Below are positions 16,619 to 18,508 of a stretch of 18,508 bases of DNA, piece by piece. Position 1 is the stretch's first letter. Each line of letters opens with the position of its first letter. The position numbers and the translations under genes are program-made. Origin of the DNA: a virus (taxonomy: Duplodnaviria; Heunggongvirae; Uroviricota; Caudoviricetes); the IMG/VR virus record IMGVR_UViG_2660238511_000004, positions 1 to 18,508 of that record. One strand, 5' to 3'. A model generated the notes under the pieces. The model made no database searches. It was given only the letters and a program-made list of their open reading frames with translations, and was not told where the DNA came from.

Positions 16619-17299
16619 ATGAGCAAGATTGACTATCAGGCACTGCGTGAAGCGGCAGAGAAAGCAACGTGTGGTGTGTGGTCGCTCGAATATGGAGAGG
16701 GCCGATTTGATGGTGATGATGCACTAATTCATCGCGAGGCTGCTGGATATATTCCCATTTGCAGAATTGAAGGAGCGCATCCTGAAAGCGGTTTCGATGA
16801 AGATTTCCAAATGGAACAGCAGGCCAATGCTGAATTCATCGCCGCAGCCAATCCGGCTACCGTCTTGGCGCTGCTTGATGAACTGGAAGCCGCAGAGAAG
16901 CGTATCGCTGAATTGGAGTCACTGACTGTACCACAGTTACCGCAGCAAGCGGTGCCGGATGAAATGCCGGAGCCAGATACCGCGAGAATGTTCTTTACCG
17001 ATGCAGTTGTGGCAATAGCTAAGGTTCAAGGCTGGAACGCCTGCCGCGCTGCCATGCTTCATAGTGCCGAACCTGTAAGCCAGGCTTACAAGTTGAACGC
17101 GCTGGATGGCAACTCTCCGGTAACTCCGGATGGTTGGGTTATGGTGCCGAAGGAGTTAACGCCGGAAATGATGAGAGCCGTTCAGATTAGAAGTGAGCTT
17201 GGAGGGTATGCCACTTCCAATCTATCTGGTGCATACAATATGTTTTCTGAGTTCTGGAATGTTGCTGTCTCAGCTGCGCCTAAGGTGGATGATTTATGA
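16619..17299 (+). CDS. Ead/Ea22-like protein
   Basis: 226 aa product with the segment EFIAAANPATVLALLDELEAAEKRIAELE, recalled as characteristic of Ea22-like proteins of lambdoid prophages. Position in the distal pL operon is consistent. Confidence 0.55.
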   Translation: MSKIDYQALREAAEKATCGVWSLEYGEGRFDGDDALIHREAAGYIPICRIEGAHPESGFDEDFQMEQQANAEFIAAANPATVLALLDELEAAEKRIAELESLTVPQLPQQAVPDEMPEPDTARMFFTDAVVAIAKVQGWNACRAAMLHSAEPVSQAYKLNALDGNSPVTPDGWVMVPKELTPEMMRAVQIRSELGGYATSNLSGAYNMFSEFWNVAVSAAPKVDDL

Positions 17300-17598
17300 A
17301 TCTCTATCGCTGCCCATTCTGTGGTTCCACTGTGCTTAACATCGGATACTCATTCAGTATCAGAGGGAAAATGCGCTATGTGTCATGCAAATGTGGTGCC
17401 CAAGGACCAGAAAAACGAACTAGATCTGAAGCGATTTCTTCATGGAATAGTCGAATGAAAGTATGGGTTTATGATCCAGAAACCATATTAAACGCTGAAG
17501 AGCGCAGGAGAACGGAAGTCTATATTCATAACCTTAATGAAGATGGATTTACACCAGTGCTTGTAAAGGCTACTCCGCAGGAGGTTAACCATGGCTAA
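17296..17598 (+). CDS. Lar-family restriction alleviation protein (N-terminal zinc ribbon)
   Basis: ATGA overlap with the upstream gene. N-terminus MNLYRCPFCGSTVLNIGYSFSIRGKMRYVSCKCGAQGPE has the CPFCG…C-x-C pattern of the Lar family. Confidence 0.6.
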   Translation: MNLYRCPFCGSTVLNIGYSFSIRGKMRYVSCKCGAQGPEKRTRSEAISSWNSRMKVWVYDPETILNAEERRRTEVYIHNLNEDGFTPVLVKATPQEVNHG

Positions 17599-17630
17599 CC
17601 TGCAACTTGACGTCAAAGGTGAATAACAAT

Positions 17631-17686
17631 CCTCGCATTCGCGGGGATTTCTTTTATCTGAACTCGCTACGGCGAGTTTTATTTTA
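17631..17686 (+). terminator. Tandem intrinsic terminator-like hairpins downstream of the Lar-like gene
   Basis: First hairpin CCUCGC-(AUUC)-GCGGGG followed by AUUUCUUUUAUC (17631-17658). Second hairpin CUCGC-(UACG)-GCGAG followed by UUUUAUUUUA (17663-17686). Confidence 0.5.
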
Positions 17687-17997
17687 TGGAGATGATTATG
17701 ACCTGTTCAACATTCAACCCTCTAACGTTACAGAAATACCAGCCAGACCCTGAAGATTTATGCTCACTGTGTGGCGGAAATCATGGTAAAGCCGCCATGA
17801 TCGAATGTAAGGACAAAATCCACATTTGCCTTAATTGCGTTGATGTCCTCGTTGATATCAAAAATGAGAGAGAAGATAAAAAGCGTAGCGAGGCTGTTAG
17901 CGCCTTAGATTCATGGATGCGAGATGGGTATAGTGCCGCGCAAATTTATGACTTAGCAATATCAAAAGGCGAAATACCAGGAGTGCGCATCGAATAA
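17686..17997 (+). CDS. Hypothetical Cys-rich protein (zinc-ribbon-like), 103 aa
   Basis: Two CxxC pairs (CSLCGG and CLNC). The more likely start is the ATG at 17698, which has GGAG 7 nt upstream. Flanked by terminator hairpins on both sides. Confidence 0.5.
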   Translation: MEMIMTCSTFNPLTLQKYQPDPEDLCSLCGGNHGKAAMIECKDKIHICLNCVDVLVDIKNEREDKKRSEAVSALDSWMRDGYSAAQIYDLAISKGEIPGVRIE

Positions 17998-18039
17998 GAC
18001 GTAACCAATATTCGAATTGAAGAACTGAAAGAACACCAA

Positions 18040-18061
18040 GCCGCCTGATGGCGGTTTTTTA
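18040..18061 (+). terminator. Rho-independent terminator
   Basis: GCCGCC-(UGAU)-GGCGGU followed by UUUUUUAUU. Confidence 0.65.
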
Positions 18062-18105
18062 TTGCCTGATTTGCAGGTTCGATTCCCTATTCGGAGATAG
18101 CACTC

Positions 18106-18306
18106 ATGCAACACGAACTACAGCCTGATTCACTGGTTGATTTGAAATTCATCATGGCCGATACTGGCTTCGGTAAAACCTTCATTTATGACCGGATTAA
18201 GTCCGGCGACCTGCCTAAAGCCAAAGTTATCCACGGGCGAGCAAGATGGTTATATCGTGACCATTGTGAATTCAAAAATAAGCTCTTAAGCCGCGCCAAT
18301 GGGTAA
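18106..18306 (+). CDS. AlpA-family DNA-binding protein, probable excisionase
   Basis: 66 aa product with the AlpA/phage-regulator HTH signature (…DTGFGKTFIYDRIKSGDLPKAKVIHGRARWL…). GGAGA RBS. Sits at the distal end of the pL operon, where an int gene would follow beyond the window. Confidence 0.65.
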   Translation: MQHELQPDSLVDLKFIMADTGFGKTFIYDRIKSGDLPKAKVIHGRARWLYRDHCEFKNKLLSRANG

Positions 18307-18508
18307 AATAGCGGGTAAAATATTTCTCACATCTAAAAAACACCATTCCAATCAATCCCCTGCTGCTTCAAGTAGATGTCTGCAGGGAACTGGTTATTCT
18401 CATTTTTTATTTGTGACATTGTGGTTGTTGTGCGACAGACATTGCTATTTGAACCGCCCCGGGTTTCCTGGAGAGTGTTTTATCTGTGAACTCAGGCTGC
18501 CAGATCAT

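Noticed and set aside
16273-16626. Minus-strand 117 aa ORF
   Set aside because: Antisense to tightly coupled plus-strand genes, with no RBS; likely a chance open frame.
18070-18100. GGTTCGATTCC motif resembling a tRNA T-arm, considered as a tRNA fragment or att core
   Set aside because: The flanking bases do not form a T-stem or acceptor stem, and it lies inside the operon immediately ahead of the xis-like start, so it is probably coincidental.

Overview
This window is the early and lysis portion of a mosaic lambdoid prophage (E. coli/Shigella-like), laid out in reverse of the conventional lambda map. Every call is from reading the sequence and recalling protein families; nothing was searched, so all names need confirmation. 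Minus strand, left to right: the lambda-type lysis cassette Rz/Rz1-R-S (65-1282), two tRNA-like genes (1525-1680), a non-lambda Q-like antiterminator (1743-2261), a lambda-like nin region (NinI phosphatase, NinH, NinG, NinF, NinE, NinB) in which a Dam-type methyltransferase is interrupted by an in-frame amber codon, four small hypothetical genes (4999-6101), a DnaB-type helicase and an O-like initiator carrying the ori iterons, cII, and a phage-434-type cro. Plus strand: 434-type cI with its OR operators, a signal-peptide protein translationally coupled to cI in the rexAB position (10022-10426), 434-type OL operators, lambda-type nutL and N, orf28, Ral, a membrane protein, then a non-Red recombination module (coiled-coil protein, cIII, Kil-like, Rad52-like annealing protein, SSB, HNH-like protein), Ea22-like and Lar-like genes, and an AlpA-family probable excisionase at the right edge. 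The best candidates for undescribed functions are the cI-coupled secreted protein, the four-gene cluster between the helicase terminator and ninB, and the membrane protein after ral. No CRISPR array, toxin gene or transposase was seen. One line near 16140 read one base out of step with the ORF track; coordinates there follow the track.
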